Positions 9,961 through 20,244 of a stretch of DNA of 56,544 bases are shown piece after piece. The position numbers and the translations under genes were made by a program. Within the stretch, counting starts at the first letter, position 1; every line of letters starts with the position of its first letter. The DNA comes from a virus (lineage: Duplodnaviria > Caudoviricetes), in IMG/VR virus record IMGVR_UViG_3300027799_000001, positions 1 through 56,544 of that record; one strand, 5' to 3'. The notes beneath the pieces are model-generated. The model ran no database searches, was not told the origin of the DNA, and saw nothing but the letters and a program-made list of their open reading frames with translations.

Positions 9961-10341
9961 TTACCGCCCATCATTTTCAGCACTATATTCAGCACATTTT
10001 GCGTTGTAATATTTAAGCGCCGTTATATATCGTACACTAATATCATCTATATTTGGTAATTTTGCTCCTTCAAATAACTCTAATGTATTTTTAAGGTCTA
10101 TAAACTCTCTAATGCTGCGCCCTATAAATTTAGTGGGACAATTAAAATACCTATACTCTGTATCACCATCTATTTCTGTGTGCACATGCTTTCCAGATGT
10201 TGTCACACCTTCACAGCCCCATACTTTACGTAACACTTGATTTATTGTACACTCTCTACAGTCATATTTAGTTTTGTATTTTAAGTTTGATTCTTGGTTA
10301 TAAAAACTGCGAGAGTGGAAAGCGGCTACTATTCTAAACCC
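9961..10341 (-). CDS. Tail assembly chaperone, -1 frameshift extension (gpGT-like)
   Basis: The -1 frame is open from slippery G GGT TTA (10341-10335) through the 9961-10236 ORF. Confidence 0.75.
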   Translation of the reverse strand, partial: GFRIVAAFHSRSFYNQESNLKYKTKYDCRECTINQVLRKVWGCEGVTTSGKHVHTEIDGDTEYRYFNCPTKFIGRSIREFIDLKNTLELFEGAKLPNIDDISVRYITALKYYNAKCAEYSAENDGR

Positions 10342-10787
10342 ATCAACTCCTCTTCGGTTAAAATACTTCTTTCGCCAATAGCATTACACAATTCATGTAA
10401 CAATTCAGGCCTTAATGAGCTTATCTTGTCTGGTGAGTATACAATTTCTTCACCTGTTTCATCAAAAAAATTACTCCAAGAAATTATACCACACTTACAT
10501 GTAAGGAAAGTTATTCTACCCTGTTTGATTTTAAAAGTATTAAAATTTGATGAATTAATATCTATCTCACCAAGTAATTCATCTTCGAATTCTAACGCTT
10601 GTCTTCCATCTATTCCTTTTAAAATAAAGACTGGCCAAATTTCTTTTGGGAAAACAAACTCACCTTTTTCATTTTTTTCACGATAAGCTTTAGGAACATA
10701 TTTGTAATTATCAACAAGCTTAAAACCAAGAGAACTTTTAAGCTTCTTTTCCATTTCAGGTGTTAAAACAATATTCTTAATTTTCAT
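10329..10787 (-). CDS. Tail assembly chaperone (gpG-like)
   Basis: Between tail tube and tape measure; ends in a slippery heptamer. Confidence 0.8.
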   Translation of the reverse strand: MKIKNIVLTPEMEKKLKSSLGFKLVDNYKYVPKAYREKNEKGEFVFPKEIWPVFILKGIDGRQALEFEDELLGEIDINSSNFNTFKIKQGRITFLTCKCGIISWSNFFDETGEEIVYSPDKISSLRPELLHELCNAIGERSILTEEELMGLE

Positions 10788-10809
10788 AATCCCCCAATCC
10801 CCCCGTTAG

Positions 10810-10848
10810 AAAAAAACCGCGGTTTTTAGGGGGAATATTAAACCGCGG
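10810..10848 (-). terminator. Rho-independent terminator after the tail tube gene
   Basis: CCGCGGTTT / AAACCGCGG stem followed by T7 on the - strand. Confidence 0.75.
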
Positions 10849-10880
10849 CGCAGTGTTGATTACAGGCTCAACACAGCCTG

Positions 10881-11843
10881 TTATGTTTTACTACCGTGTA
10901 AGATTTCTAAGCAATCATCACCAGAACTTTTATTTAATATTAATTTCTTTTGATGAATATAATATCCCTCACGATCACCCACTTGATAAATTTGAGTATA
11001 CTGTGCTGCCGGTGCAGATATAACAATTGGCCCATCTATTTGAGCTACAAAAGCACCAGAAGTATTATTTATAGTACGTGCATAATCGCCTTGTAACGCA
11101 ACGGTTTTAAGCATTGGATCAAGTTCTATTGTTGGCATTCTATTAACCACATGAGCTCCACCATACCCTGTAGAATTGGTAGGGTCTGTGTACAATTCAA
11201 CCTGATTAGCCAAATCTACAGTAAAACTATTTATCTGCTGTCCTTCTCCAAACAATGTCACGCCAACACCTAGTACAACAGATGGGTGATATTCTGTATA
11301 TGTTGGTGTTATAAATTGACCAAAAGTTGTATCTGTTGGTGCAACTGCTATACCTTTAAATTCAAAACTCATTTTAATATAATCACCAACACCTGAGGTG
11401 GCAAGTTTAACACTTGACATACATCCATAACCAGCAAATTTTGTTACTGCTGCATTTGAACCTTCTTCGAGCAATTGAACCACTACAGTAATAGGTACAT
11501 TAGTAAGCTGTGAATCCGGAGTCATTGATACCCCCGTAGATCCATACTGTGTTTTTTCCATTGCACAAGCTTCTAACAGATCAAAATAAGCCGGAGCAGT
11601 TCCAGGTGTACCGGAATAGTACATAGGTACATCAAATGAAAATGATACTGATCTTTTGCCAGCCAATGAAAAAGAAGGTTCCAATTTATTTATTGCCAAG
11701 GGCACATCTTTAACAGGAATATCATACTTAAACGACACATTTTCAATTATGCAACCATTAGTACCTGTTAAAGACGTTTCTTGTGTATATGCTGTACTTT
11801 CTTTTTTCCATAATAAAACTGTTTTTTCTTTTAAAAAAGCCAT
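10881..11843 (-). CDS. Major tail tube protein
   Basis: K.ESTAY start, SG.PGTAP..LL.AC motif; position between terminator protein and chaperone. Confidence 0.8.
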   Translation of the reverse strand: MAFLKEKTVLLWKKESTAYTQETSLTGTNGCIIENVSFKYDIPVKDVPLAINKLEPSFSLAGKRSVSFSFDVPMYYSGTPGTAPAYFDLLEACAMEKTQYGSTGVSMTPDSQLTNVPITVVVQLLEEGSNAAVTKFAGYGCMSSVKLATSGVGDYIKMSFEFKGIAVAPTDTTFGQFITPTYTEYHPSVVLGVGVTLFGEGQQINSFTVDLANQVELYTDPTNSTGYGGAHVVNRMPTIELDPMLKTVALQGDYARTINNTSGAFVAQIDGPIVISAPAAQYTQIYQVGDREGYYIHQKKLILNKSSGDDCLEILHGSKT

Positions 11844-11858
11844 TGTATCTACTCCTAT

Positions 11859-12410
11859 TTATGACATTATAGTTGGATCTATTATACGTTGTCTATACCA
11901 CACATCAAATCTTACAGTTATCCCAACTACAGGCTCACCCAAAGACACACCCCATCTTTCACTACCTGTATAATAACAATGAGATGCAGTAGCTATACCT
12001 GAAGAATCTGGTATATAATAATTAACACCAAAAAATCTTTGTAAATCTGCACATGCGCAATCCATAATTGTTGTTACATCTTGAGTGCAGTTTAAAAAAA
12101 CCTCAAATCTCATACTAAATTTATTGTGCAACATTCCTGAGTTTTGATCTATTTGCACATTAGCGTTTGCGTTACTATTTTCAATATCGATAAACAAATT
12201 AATAGAAGGAAACTCAGAAAATGTCTCATAAGATCTTGGTGTGTCGTAACAATGAGGATATGACATGTAATAACCATAATCATCAATAATATTATTACCA
12301 GAATTACTATATCTAATAGTTTGACCGCCAGAAATTATTCGATTTTCAACAGAATAAACAACTGCTTTACGTATTCTAGTAATTACTGGTAATAATATTG
12401 GTGTTGTCAT
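11859..12410 (-). CDS. Tail terminator / completion protein
   Basis: FPSINL motif, beta-rich C-terminus, upstream of the tail tube. Confidence 0.6.
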   Translation of the reverse strand: MTTPILLPVITRIRKAVVYSVENRIISGGQTIRYSNSGNNIIDDYGYYMSYPHCYDTPRSYETFSEFPSINLFIDIENSNANANVQIDQNSGMLHNKFSMRFEVFLNCTQDVTTIMDCACADLQRFFGVNYYIPDSSGIATASHCYYTGSERWGVSLGEPVVGITVRFDVWYRQRIIDPTIMS

Positions 12411-12724
12411 TATCTGAATGCGATTATATCGTGATTGGTTATTGTTGATGCACCAGTAGCATAAATTTTTCTAAATGATATAGCGTACTGTATTCCTGCA
12501 ATAATCGGGAATGGAAATTTTTTACCTACTGCGTTACCAACAGGTTCTATAAAAACAGCTCCATCAACTTTAGAAATAAAACCGCGTGGATACATTGAAG
12601 ACACCCTATCGGGATTTGGAAAGTTCGGATTTGTATCTTCTATTAATATTTCTGAAGTGTCTGACAAGGTTACAGATATACCAGCTCTCCAAGCACAAAT
12701 TTTATCATCTTGATTAGACATCAT
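12410..12724 (-). CDS. Small virion protein resembling RcGTA head-spike base (Rcc01079-like)
   Basis: RGF...G.V...AG.....FRKIYATG pattern. Confidence 0.5.
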   Translation of the reverse strand: MMSNQDDKICAWRAGISVTLSDTSEILIEDTNPNFPNPDRVSSMYPRGFISKVDGAVFIEPVGNAVGKKFPFPIIAGIQYAISFRKIYATGASTITNHDIIAFR

Positions 12725-12794
12725 TACCTCTTTAAAACTTTAAATTATACTAAGCTATATAATATATATTATATACTAAATAGCTTGTATATTT

Positions 12795-13061
12795 TTATAA
12801 ATCACCATTGAGTAATGCATCTATATCTAGACCATTTAAATTATCAAACATTTTGCTTCTTACAATTTCGTTCTCGCTTTCACACAATTCTATTTGATCG
12901 TACTTAACTAAACCATCATCTGGAAAAATTACCTCATACATTATGTTACCCTTGTATAAGCAACAACCTATGATTACACCCTTGTTAATTTTATTGCAAT
13001 ATTTTTTATAGACTATATCTCCATAAGAATAATTAAATTCACATTTACAAAATTTTGCCAT
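12795..13061 (-). CDS. Hypothetical protein (SH3-like pattern)
   Basis: YSYGDIVY...GVI...YEV pattern. Confidence 0.45.
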   Translation of the reverse strand: MAKFCKCEFNYSYGDIVYKKYCNKINKGVIIGCCLYKGNIMYEVIFPDDGLVKYDQIELCESENEIVRSKMFDNLNGLDIDALLNGDL

Positions 13062-13776
13062 TATAATCCTCCATATTTTGAAAATAATGTTCGCAACCTG
13101 GTCTGATTTTGCCTCTATTTATAACCTCGCAATAAGGGATAGGTGGTTCACCAATATATGTATGTATTTTAACATTTCTATATCTTAATATTTCTGTACC
13201 AGTCAACTCATGATCCCAAGGAGTCCATCCACGCCATAAAGTACTTAGTAAAAAATCCTTATCCCATATAGAGGTTTGATGAGATACTAAATATTGCAAA
13301 TTATTATTATATTCATATATATCATAAAACCTATCATTGCTTTTACTATCGTCATTACTTTTAATACAATGTGTTTTTTTATTAATAAAAGGTTTTTTAT
13401 CTGGTTGATTATGTTCAGGAGAACCACTCCATGATCCACAAATCTTTAATAAATTGTAATTATTTTTAATAAATATATCCAATAAATCAAAAAACAACAC
13501 GTTGTTTGTATCACTTGTTAGAAAATAATCCTCATGAACATAGATTATATTGTCATATTTACAATATAAAAGCCAGTCAATTAATCCGTCAGACCAACTT
13601 TTGTTTTTACCGACACACTCTGTTTTAAAACCTTCCCAATTTTTGGTAATACTTTCAGTAAGTATTATTTTATCTAAACACATGTTTTTAAAATGTTTTT
13701 CATGATTTTCAACAAATTTATCAATAACCCAATCGTATTTATCACTAGCATGCACTAAATAAACAGTATTATTCAT
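13045..13776 (-). CDS. Glycosyltransferase-like protein (GT-A fold)
   Basis: SWSD.L, YVHEDYFL DxD-like motif, PWDHE; lies in the GT cluster. Confidence 0.6.
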   Translation of the reverse strand: MNNTVYLVHASDKYDWVIDKFVENHEKHFKNMCLDKIILTESITKNWEGFKTECVGKNKSWSDGLIDWLLYCKYDNIIYVHEDYFLTSDTNNVLFFDLLDIFIKNNYNLLKICGSWSGSPEHNQPDKKPFINKKTHCIKSNDDSKSNDRFYDIYEYNNNLQYLVSHQTSIWDKDFLLSTLWRGWTPWDHELTGTEILRYRNVKIHTYIGEPPIPYCEVINRGKIRPGCEHYFQNMEDYNGKIL

Positions 13777-13793
13777 AATTAAACCAACCTATT

Positions 13794-14189
13794 TTAAAAA
13801 GGTAAATCATCAATTTTTTCTTCAATTGTTTTTAATGGCTCAGTTACAATAATTTCAGCATTGTTATAATTAGCCTTATTCTTTTTTTCTGACACAACTA
13901 TTTTATTAACAAAAACAATGATTTTAAATATTTTTTCATTATTTTTATTAATATATTCATCAAAAATAACAGATCCAGAAATATCAACCAACCTACCTTT
14001 TAAAACATCGCTCTCAAAAGATGTTATAATCTTTTCATTTAAAACATTGCACTGAATCCATATCGTTTTATCTTCACCTGTTTTTTGTTTCTGCTTTGAT
14101 GCTACAGAAAACGAAGCCATTTTTTTACCAGATTTAGTTGTTAATATTTCTGGTTCTTTGCCAACTATTCCTTTAAAATTTAACTCCAT
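13794..14189 (-). CDS. ssb: Single-stranded DNA-binding protein
   Basis: OB-fold motifs (G.VGKEPE, FSVA, T.W), acidic DDLPF tail. Confidence 0.9.
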   Translation of the reverse strand: MELNFKGIVGKEPEILTTKSGKKMASFSVASKQKQKTGEDKTIWIQCNVLNEKIITSFESDVLKGRLVDISGSVIFDEYINKNNEKIFKIIVFVNKIVVSEKKNKANYNNAEIIVTEPLKTIEEKIDDLPF

Positions 14190-14206
14190 TGGAAAATACC
14201 TTTCTT

Positions 14207-14716
14207 TTAAGATTTTTTAAAACACGATTTAATTTCTTTGCACTCGCCTCTATATATACAATCTGGTACTAATACATCCTTTAAAATTGGATCTATTAGT
14301 TTTATAGAGTTAACAACCAATTCCCATGCATATCTTGTTTCTTGTGATGCATTTTTACATAAACGTTTACGTGATATGTTGATTATGGACTGTATATTTG
14401 CAACACACATGTGCTCAATTAACGCACCTTGTGGTAATTCAGCTCGCGAAACACCAGTCCTATCCTCTCGCTGTGAACGGACATAATGTTCAATTCCAAA
14501 TTTGTGCCTAACGAAATGAACACTTACATAATATGGTAAATCAATCCATTTCCATGCAAAGGTTAAACATCTTATAGGAGAATGCTCTGATTTTAAAAGT
14601 TTTATTTTAAATTCATCTGATAAATCAATAGCATTATGTTTATTAATTGTTGAAGCACAAGCAATTGATACGATATCCCAATCTATTAATTTTTTACAAA
14701 ATTCCAATGTAGTCAT
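14207..14716 (-). CDS. thyX: Flavin-dependent thymidylate synthase (ThyX-like)
   Basis: EHSP.R, VRHK...SQR, RLC..A..ETR, VP.C motifs. Confidence 0.75.
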   Translation of the reverse strand: MTTLEFCKKLIDWDIVSIACASTINKHNAIDLSDEFKIKLLKSEHSPIRCLTFAWKWIDLPYYVSVHFVRHKFGIEHYVRSQREDRTGVSRAELPQGALIEHMCVANIQSIINISRKRLCKNASQETRYAWELVVNSIKLIDPILKDVLVPDCIYRGECKEIKSCFKKS

Positions 14717-15516
14717 TTATTATACTCCAACAATATCTTTTTATTGCGTAATGTTTCTGGCAAGTCATTAATTTTAATTTTTTTAACAGATTCCCAACTC
14801 CATTCGTAACCAAGAGTTGTGTGTAAATTTTTAGCTGTTTCAATTTTCATCCATTTATGTTTAATCCAATTATCCATATTAACTAATTGCACATTTGGAT
14901 TATCATCTTTGTCGCCTGCATCACTAGTCCATATTTTTCTAAATACATCTTTTTCTTTGCTTCGCACATAAGTAAAATGATGCATATATATATCTTCAGG
15001 TATCAATAAAGGATTTACTCCATTACCACGTGTAGAATACATTCTTTCAAATATTGGCCGAAACAATATACATGGTTTACATGCCTCAATATTGGTTACA
15101 CGATAATATGGGCTTTTAAGATATGTGTACATTTTTATATGGATAGCATTAAACATGTGGCAATCAAATGAAAGTTTTAATAGTTTGTTTATATCACAAA
15201 TGCTAAACACCTCATCTGTATCTATTGACATTATCCAAACAGGATTAAACACATTTTTAATCCATGTATAAGCACTATCACACTGTTCTTTTTGTGATGG
15301 TATATTGTTCCACAAATGTATTATTTTGTTTTTTTTATCATTTTCTTTTTGCCACTTTTTAACAACTGGATAAACAGTATTAATACCTTTTTCGCCAAGC
15401 CAATTAACATCTGAATGAGAAAATACAATTTTATCTACACAAGAATAAATCGACTCAATACTAGCTTCTACAAATTCATCACCTGAAAATGTCTTATATA
15501 ACGCGCAAATATGCAT
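14713..15516 (-). CDS. Glycosyltransferase family 2-like
   Basis: SIESIY..VDKIV, IDTDE motif, HHFTYVR. Confidence 0.75.
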   Translation of the reverse strand: MHICALYKTFSGDEFVEASIESIYSCVDKIVFSHSDVNWLGEKGINTVYPVVKKWQKENDKKNKIIHLWNNIPSQKEQCDSAYTWIKNVFNPVWIMSIDTDEVFSICDINKLLKLSFDCHMFNAIHIKMYTYLKSPYYRVTNIEACKPCILFRPIFERMYSTRGNGVNPLLIPEDIYMHHFTYVRSKEKDVFRKIWTSDAGDKDDNPNVQLVNMDNWIKHKWMKIETAKNLHTTLGYEWSWESVKKIKINDLPETLRNKKILLEYNK

Positions 15517-15539
15517 TTCATCTCCAAGCTATAAAAATA

Positions 15540-16151
15540 TTATTTAACAAACCATTTTTGTCTAAATAAACTTCCAAAATATTGTATGTTTTCTTGATTG
15601 CATTTGTGATTATTGTGTATTAATTTGACTTTGTTATTTATCACATATATACCATTGTGTTTTCTGTTTAATTGCATACACATATCAGCATCTTCATAAC
15701 CAGAACCTTTGTTCTCGATAGTATAACGCTCATCAAATCTTAATTCTGGATCGTGTTTAAAAGCAACACAAGCTGAAGGTAAAGCATCATTAACAACTTG
15801 ATATTCTAATCCAAAATCTCTTTTGTGATTCATCATAATTGCGGCGCTTCCATCCTTATTCACCAATGATGCGCTGACCATAACACAATTTTTATACAAT
15901 TCAAACGGTTTAATTAAATTATCAGCCCATCCATTATAATAACCACTAATATCATCATCACACATAATTACATATCTTGGTTTAATAATATCAGCTTGTA
16001 ATAAACACCAATTTCTATTTGTTGGAGCTGATGCATTCAAGTTAGATATAACTATTTTGTGTCTTTTTCTGCAAGTTGTATTTAAAATATTTTTGTAAAT
16101 ATGTCTAGTTTCTTTTGCAGACAACAAAGTTGGAACGCAAATCAAATCCAT
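15540..16151 (-). CDS. Glycosyltransferase family 2
   Basis: RN.CL, MCDDD, FDE.Y, GYEDAD motifs. Confidence 0.8.
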   Translation of the reverse strand: MDLICVPTLLSAKETRHIYKNILNTTCRKRHKIVISNLNASAPTNRNWCLLQADIIKPRYVIMCDDDISGYYNGWADNLIKPFELYKNCVMVSASLVNKDGSAAIMMNHKRDFGLEYQVVNDALPSACVAFKHDPELRFDERYTIENKGSGYEDADMCMQLNRKHNGIYVINNKVKLIHNNHKCNQENIQYFGSLFRQKWFVK

Positions 16152-16159
16152 GTATTATT

Positions 16160-16813
16160 TTATCCTTTGTTTTTCAATAAAACATCACCACCAAAATCTT
16201 TTATTATGTCAAAATTTGGAAGCATCATTTTTATTTTTTCAAGATTAGGCTGACTTTTATACATTTCTATATTAGAATATTCTGTGTATATGTAAGACGT
16301 GTTTTCTAAAATTGTTTTTCCTCCAGAGAGGACCTTATCTTCAGCTCCTTGAACATCCATCCATATAAAATCTATATGATTTATATTAAAAAATTTAAGC
16401 GTATTGTTATAAAAGAAATCCAACGTTATAGTTTTTACACTTTTTTCACTGCTAAAAGTACACCATGAATGAAATAATTTATGACCTGTAGGTTCTTTGA
16501 TAGAACTTGAAAAATCCCAATCTTGTATATTGTGTGTAATATTTGTACCACTACTACAATACCAAGTTGTCTCACCGACACAGTCACTTATAGCAAAATC
16601 ACAAATATCCCATTGTCTTTTTTTGTGTTCACTTAACGATTTAAATTGTTCTGAAATTTTTTTAAGACATCGACTATCAGGCTCAAAGCTAAACAATTTT
16701 AGCTTGTCAAATGTATTTAAAAAATCTACGCTATCCTCACCATGATGTGCGCCTATTTCTATAATAACAACATTGTCACCAATTAGTTTTTTTATTTCTT
16801 TTTTATCCATCAA
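16160..16813 (-). CDS. FkbM-family methyltransferase
   Basis: IEIGAH.G, SFEP, TLD, IDFIWMDVQGAE. Confidence 0.9.
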   Translation of the reverse strand: MMDKKEIKKLIGDNVVIIEIGAHHGEDSVDFLNTFDKLKLFSFEPDSRCLKKISEQFKSLSEHKKRQWDICDFAISDCVGETTWYCSSGTNITHNIQDWDFSSSIKEPTGHKLFHSWCTFSSEKSVKTITLDFFYNNTLKFFNINHIDFIWMDVQGAEDKVLSGGKTILENTSYIYTEYSNIEMYKSQPNLEKIKMMLPNFDIIKDFGGDVLLKNKG

Positions 16814-16958
16814 AACAACCTTTCAGACATTGAAATAATAATTTATTTATTTCAAAAAAATATTTAATCATTATTTATAATATACAACAAAATTATTAAA
16901 TTGTGTCATGTTTTTAAATAATTTTATTTTAAATAATTGATTTGTTGTCTTGTGTTTT

Positions 16959-17888
16959 TCAATTAATCTCGTTGTAATAATTTTCAAATGTTTTATTTTG
17001 AACGTAATAATCTATTTGATTTCTAATCTCGTCATTTAATTCATCAATTTTAGACAATATTATATCAGGATGCTTTATTGTATCACATTTTATTGGGTAA
17101 CAATCACCCCTGAGTTCTGGTTTTAATTCATGCACACCACTATACTTTTTCTCAACAGATTTGTCACCGGTGATCCATGGCATATATATAGCATCAAAAT
17201 AATTGTTAATATAATTATTTTGTGGCATAAAAGACTTGTAGTATTCTATTTTTTCCCAAACTTTAATTGGAAAACAATACGAATAATTATACATTTCAAT
17301 ACCTTTATCCATAGAATGGTTAAAATCAAAATGTTCATCGAGTGTTGATGATTCTATTAAATCAGTATGTTTTATAATTGGTGGTCTATAAGATAGCCAT
17401 TTTGAACCTCTGAAGATTTTAAAAACTCTTTTTAATTCTATTGATCTTTCGTACCCAGTCAATGTGTGATACAAATCACCAAAAAATGTAATAGATTTAA
17501 ATCCACCGGATAAATAAGATCCATTCCAAAATAAATTTATAAATTTTTCCATTTCATTTGGTTTGTATATTTCGTAACTTCCTATTTGCCATAAAATATC
17601 GTTTTCATGCATTTGCAAATTAAATGCTGAAACACATTGTTCGTATTTTTCTATGTACTGACTGTGCAAAATTCTTATTTTATTCTGGTCATCTTCGTGT
17701 TTTAGTTTTTGCAATACCATATTTGTTTTGTCAAAACTTGTTCTGTATCCTTTTTTTTGCCAATAGGAAACAGGGCCCTCAGCAATAACTATTTCATTAG
17801 CTATATCATATACACTTTTAATTGAATCATACAAAATAGAATCACCGTTAAAAACAATCACTTGAAAACATATATTAGGTTTTTTCAT
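16959..17888 (-). CDS. Glycosyltransferase family 2-like (DxD degenerate)
   Basis: IVFNG..L..SI.SVY..A.EIVIAEG; WQIGSYE at the expected DxDE site. Confidence 0.6.
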   Translation of the reverse strand: MKKPNICFQVIVFNGDSILYDSIKSVYDIANEIVIAEGPVSYWQKKGYRTSFDKTNMVLQKLKHEDDQNKIRILHSQYIEKYEQCVSAFNLQMHENDILWQIGSYEIYKPNEMEKFINLFWNGSYLSGGFKSITFFGDLYHTLTGYERSIELKRVFKIFRGSKWLSYRPPIIKHTDLIESSTLDEHFDFNHSMDKGIEMYNYSYCFPIKVWEKIEYYKSFMPQNNYINNYFDAIYMPWITGDKSVEKKYSGVHELKPELRGDCYPIKCDTIKHPDIILSKIDELNDEIRNQIDYYVQNKTFENYYNEIN

Positions 17889-17889
17889 A

Positions 17890-18366
17890 TCATTTTTTCT
17901 TTTTATATATTTTACTCAATTGTTTTGATATTGAATCTTCTATTATTTTTTTGCCATTTTCTTTCCACTCTTCATAGACATACAATCTTTTTGGTACAAA
18001 AACTTTTAGTAAATAAAAAATTTTGTCTTTTATAAAAAACTTTAATGTTTTTTTGTTTTTAGGATATATGAAACCATCAAAATTATCATGCTGGTGTACC
18101 TTGCCATACCATACACGGTTCCGCATTAACACTTTAAAATCTTTCGAATCAACATTTTCTTTTTCAACAAAAAATCCATTAGCTAATTGACCTGACACTC
18201 TATTAAGACTAGTATTATCTTTTTTTCTTCCAGATAATTGAGTTTTGACAATATGAGTTTTGAATAGCTCCACACCAATGTATATGCCATGTTTAATAGC
18301 ATCAATACTATTTTTTTTGTTTTTATTTAAAAACTTTGAAAAATCATCAAAATTATTTTTGTTCAT
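17890..18366 (-). CDS. Neck / tail completion protein (HK97 gp10-like)
   Basis: Basic protein with LNRVSGQL and YG.VH motifs. Confidence 0.5.
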   Translation of the reverse strand: MNKNNFDDFSKFLNKNKKNSIDAIKHGIYIGVELFKTHIVKTQLSGRKKDNTSLNRVSGQLANGFFVEKENVDSKDFKVLMRNRVWYGKVHQHDNFDGFIYPKNKKTLKFFIKDKIFYLLKVFVPKRLYVYEEWKENGKKIIEDSISKQLSKIYKKKK

Positions 18367-18967
18367 AATATTTTTTTAATGCTCCAACAAAGCAATCGGT
18401 TTGTTCGTTTATTTTTTTAACTACAACCCTTCTATCAGAAGTATTAATTTTTATTATGTAACATTCAATTTGTTTGCCAGAAACTTCATTTTTATAATTT
18501 TCCTCAATTAAAATTTTATAAGCACCTAATTGATGCTCTATACCAACACTTTTGTGTCCTGTTTTAATATCTGCGATAATTATTTTATCTTTTGATATAA
18601 CAAATCTATCTATAGTTCCAGCAAATTTGTATTTTTGTGAATAAAGTTGTTCTTCTATATAGAGTTGCCCTCGATAGATCTTGTTTGTTTTATCCAAATA
18701 TAGTTTATAAATATCACCATACTCACAAAACTCTTCTACATCACATATTAACGAGTCTATTTTTTCTGTTTCTCTATGTATGCGTTCTCCTTTATTACGT
18801 GCAATTTCCAATATAACAGGATCTATACAATTAAAATCTTGCACCAAGCCACCAAATTTTAAAATTTGAGTTACGCTTGGTACAACTGAACCGCACCATT
18901 CATATTTATGATATTTTTTATTGAACGTCAGCATTTGAATCTGATTCTTGTTCAGACAAGATAACAT
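18353..18967 (-). CDS. PD-(D/E)XK exonuclease
   Basis: H.Y...VPSVTQIL, G..IH, AGTID, DIKTG, QL.AY; true start probably near 18934. Confidence 0.85.
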   Translation of the reverse strand: MLSCLNKNQIQMLTFNKKYHKYEWCGSVVPSVTQILKFGGLVQDFNCIDPVILEIARNKGERIHRETEKIDSLICDVEEFCEYGDIYKLYLDKTNKIYRGQLYIEEQLYSQKYKFAGTIDRFVISKDKIIIADIKTGHKSVGIEHQLGAYKILIEENYKNEVSGKQIECYIIKINTSDRRVVVKKINEQTDCFVGALKKYYEQK

Positions 18968-19856
18968 TAATTCTATTTAAAACTTGCTTTAATTTCGTAA
19001 GATCATCTTTGTGTTTTTGAACATACTCTTTAATTTCTTTGGCTTTATTTTCTTCCAATTTTGTAGTAAGTTCTGTTATTTCTGCTATGTTTTTTCTACA
19101 ATCTTCAATATACGATTCATCAGTTTTAGATCTATCAATATAGTTAAAAACAATTTTTGGATCTAACGGCAATCGTTTTGGCATATTGAATCGATTTTTA
19201 GCTTCAAATCCTGGTTGTCTCTGTGTATAGACTACATGTTCACCACCCTTAGCTTTCCCTTTACCACTTTTTGAAGTTTTAACCACATTAAGATCATATG
19301 TGGCAAACAGAAGAGCATCTGATTTTTCTTTAAGTAAAGCAGCTAAAACATCTTTGATTTTTATTTCGTATCTTTCGTAACTCTCGCGTAATGGATCGTT
19401 GAATGTCTTTACTTGGCTATGCGCAGTAATCAATATATTGATTGATTTTTTTTCACATATTTCTTCCATCAAACAAAAAACATTATACATTTCAACTTTG
19501 GCTAATTTATAGCCAGAATTATAGCCAAAAGTTTCTATATTTTTTTGATCATTTTCTAAACTGATGTGGGTATACAATAAATTCTCCAACCCATCAATTG
19601 TGTCAATCACAATTGTTTTATAATCAAATTGTTCATTCAAAATAAAATTTAATATTTCTTTGAATTCTTGCCAACTATTAGGAGTTACATTACTAACATC
19701 AGAAAATGATTCTCCAACCATTCCATTTTCACCACATATAAAAAATGGTTTTTCACATCCTGCACCAAACGTTGACTTACCAACACCCTCAACACCGTAA
19801 AGGGTTATTATGTAACCTTTTTTATTAAACCCCTTTTTAATATTAATCTTCATCAA
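18918..19856 (-). CDS. AAA_24 / Sak4-like recombination ATPase
   Basis: YGVEGVGKST Walker A, IVIDT, AH, AKNR motifs; next to the exonuclease. Confidence 0.85.
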   Translation of the reverse strand: MMKINIKKGFNKKGYIITLYGVEGVGKSTFGAGCEKPFFICGENGMVGESFSDVSNVTPNSWQEFKEILNFILNEQFDYKTIVIDTIDGLENLLYTHISLENDQKNIETFGYNSGYKLAKVEMYNVFCLMEEICEKKSINILITAHSQVKTFNDPLRESYERYEIKIKDVLAALLKEKSDALLFATYDLNVVKTSKSGKGKAKGGEHVVYTQRQPGFEAKNRFNMPKRLPLDPKIVFNYIDRSKTDESYIEDCRKNIAEITELTTKLEENKAKEIKEYVQKHKDDLTKLKQVLNRINVILSEQESDSNADVQ

Positions 19857-20244
19857 AACCCCCTAGTTTAGTAAATAAATAACGTCTATATTCATTTCGA
19901 TGTAATTCGCAATATTTTGGATATTTAAATAATAAAGGATTATACATTATTTTATAATAATTATTACATCCTTTAAGTTCACATTTTAATTCCAATGTTT
20001 CAACAACTTTTGAACCTTTTTTAATTTTTTTAACTCCCTGATCATATTTTTTTGGGATTATTATTCTATTTTTGTACAGTTTATGCTTTTCACAATACTT
20101 ACTTACTTTTAATCCAAAGTATTCAACGCCGCAATTATCATAAGAACAGCATTTTTTAACAATTTTTTGTTTGCGGTTTTTGCTGCTTTTATCGTAATTT
20201 GGGTTATTAAACGTCATGAACTGAGGTATTTTTTTTGTTTCCAT
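19843..20244 (-). CDS. Zinc-binding protein with two C-x4-C...YCxxH units
   Basis: CSYDNC...KYCEKH and CELKGC...KYCELH. Confidence 0.6.
   Translation of the reverse strand: METKKIPQFMTFNNPNYDKSSKNRKQKIVKKCCSYDNCGVEYFGLKVSKYCEKHKLYKNRIIIPKKYDQGVKKIKKGSKVVETLELKCELKGCNNYYKIMYNPLLFKYPKYCELHRNEYRRYLFTKLGGFDED

Noticed and set aside
18353-18967. Cas4 as part of a CRISPR system
   Set aside because: No Fe-S cysteine cluster pattern; its position beside the Sak4-like ATPase fits a recombination exonuclease
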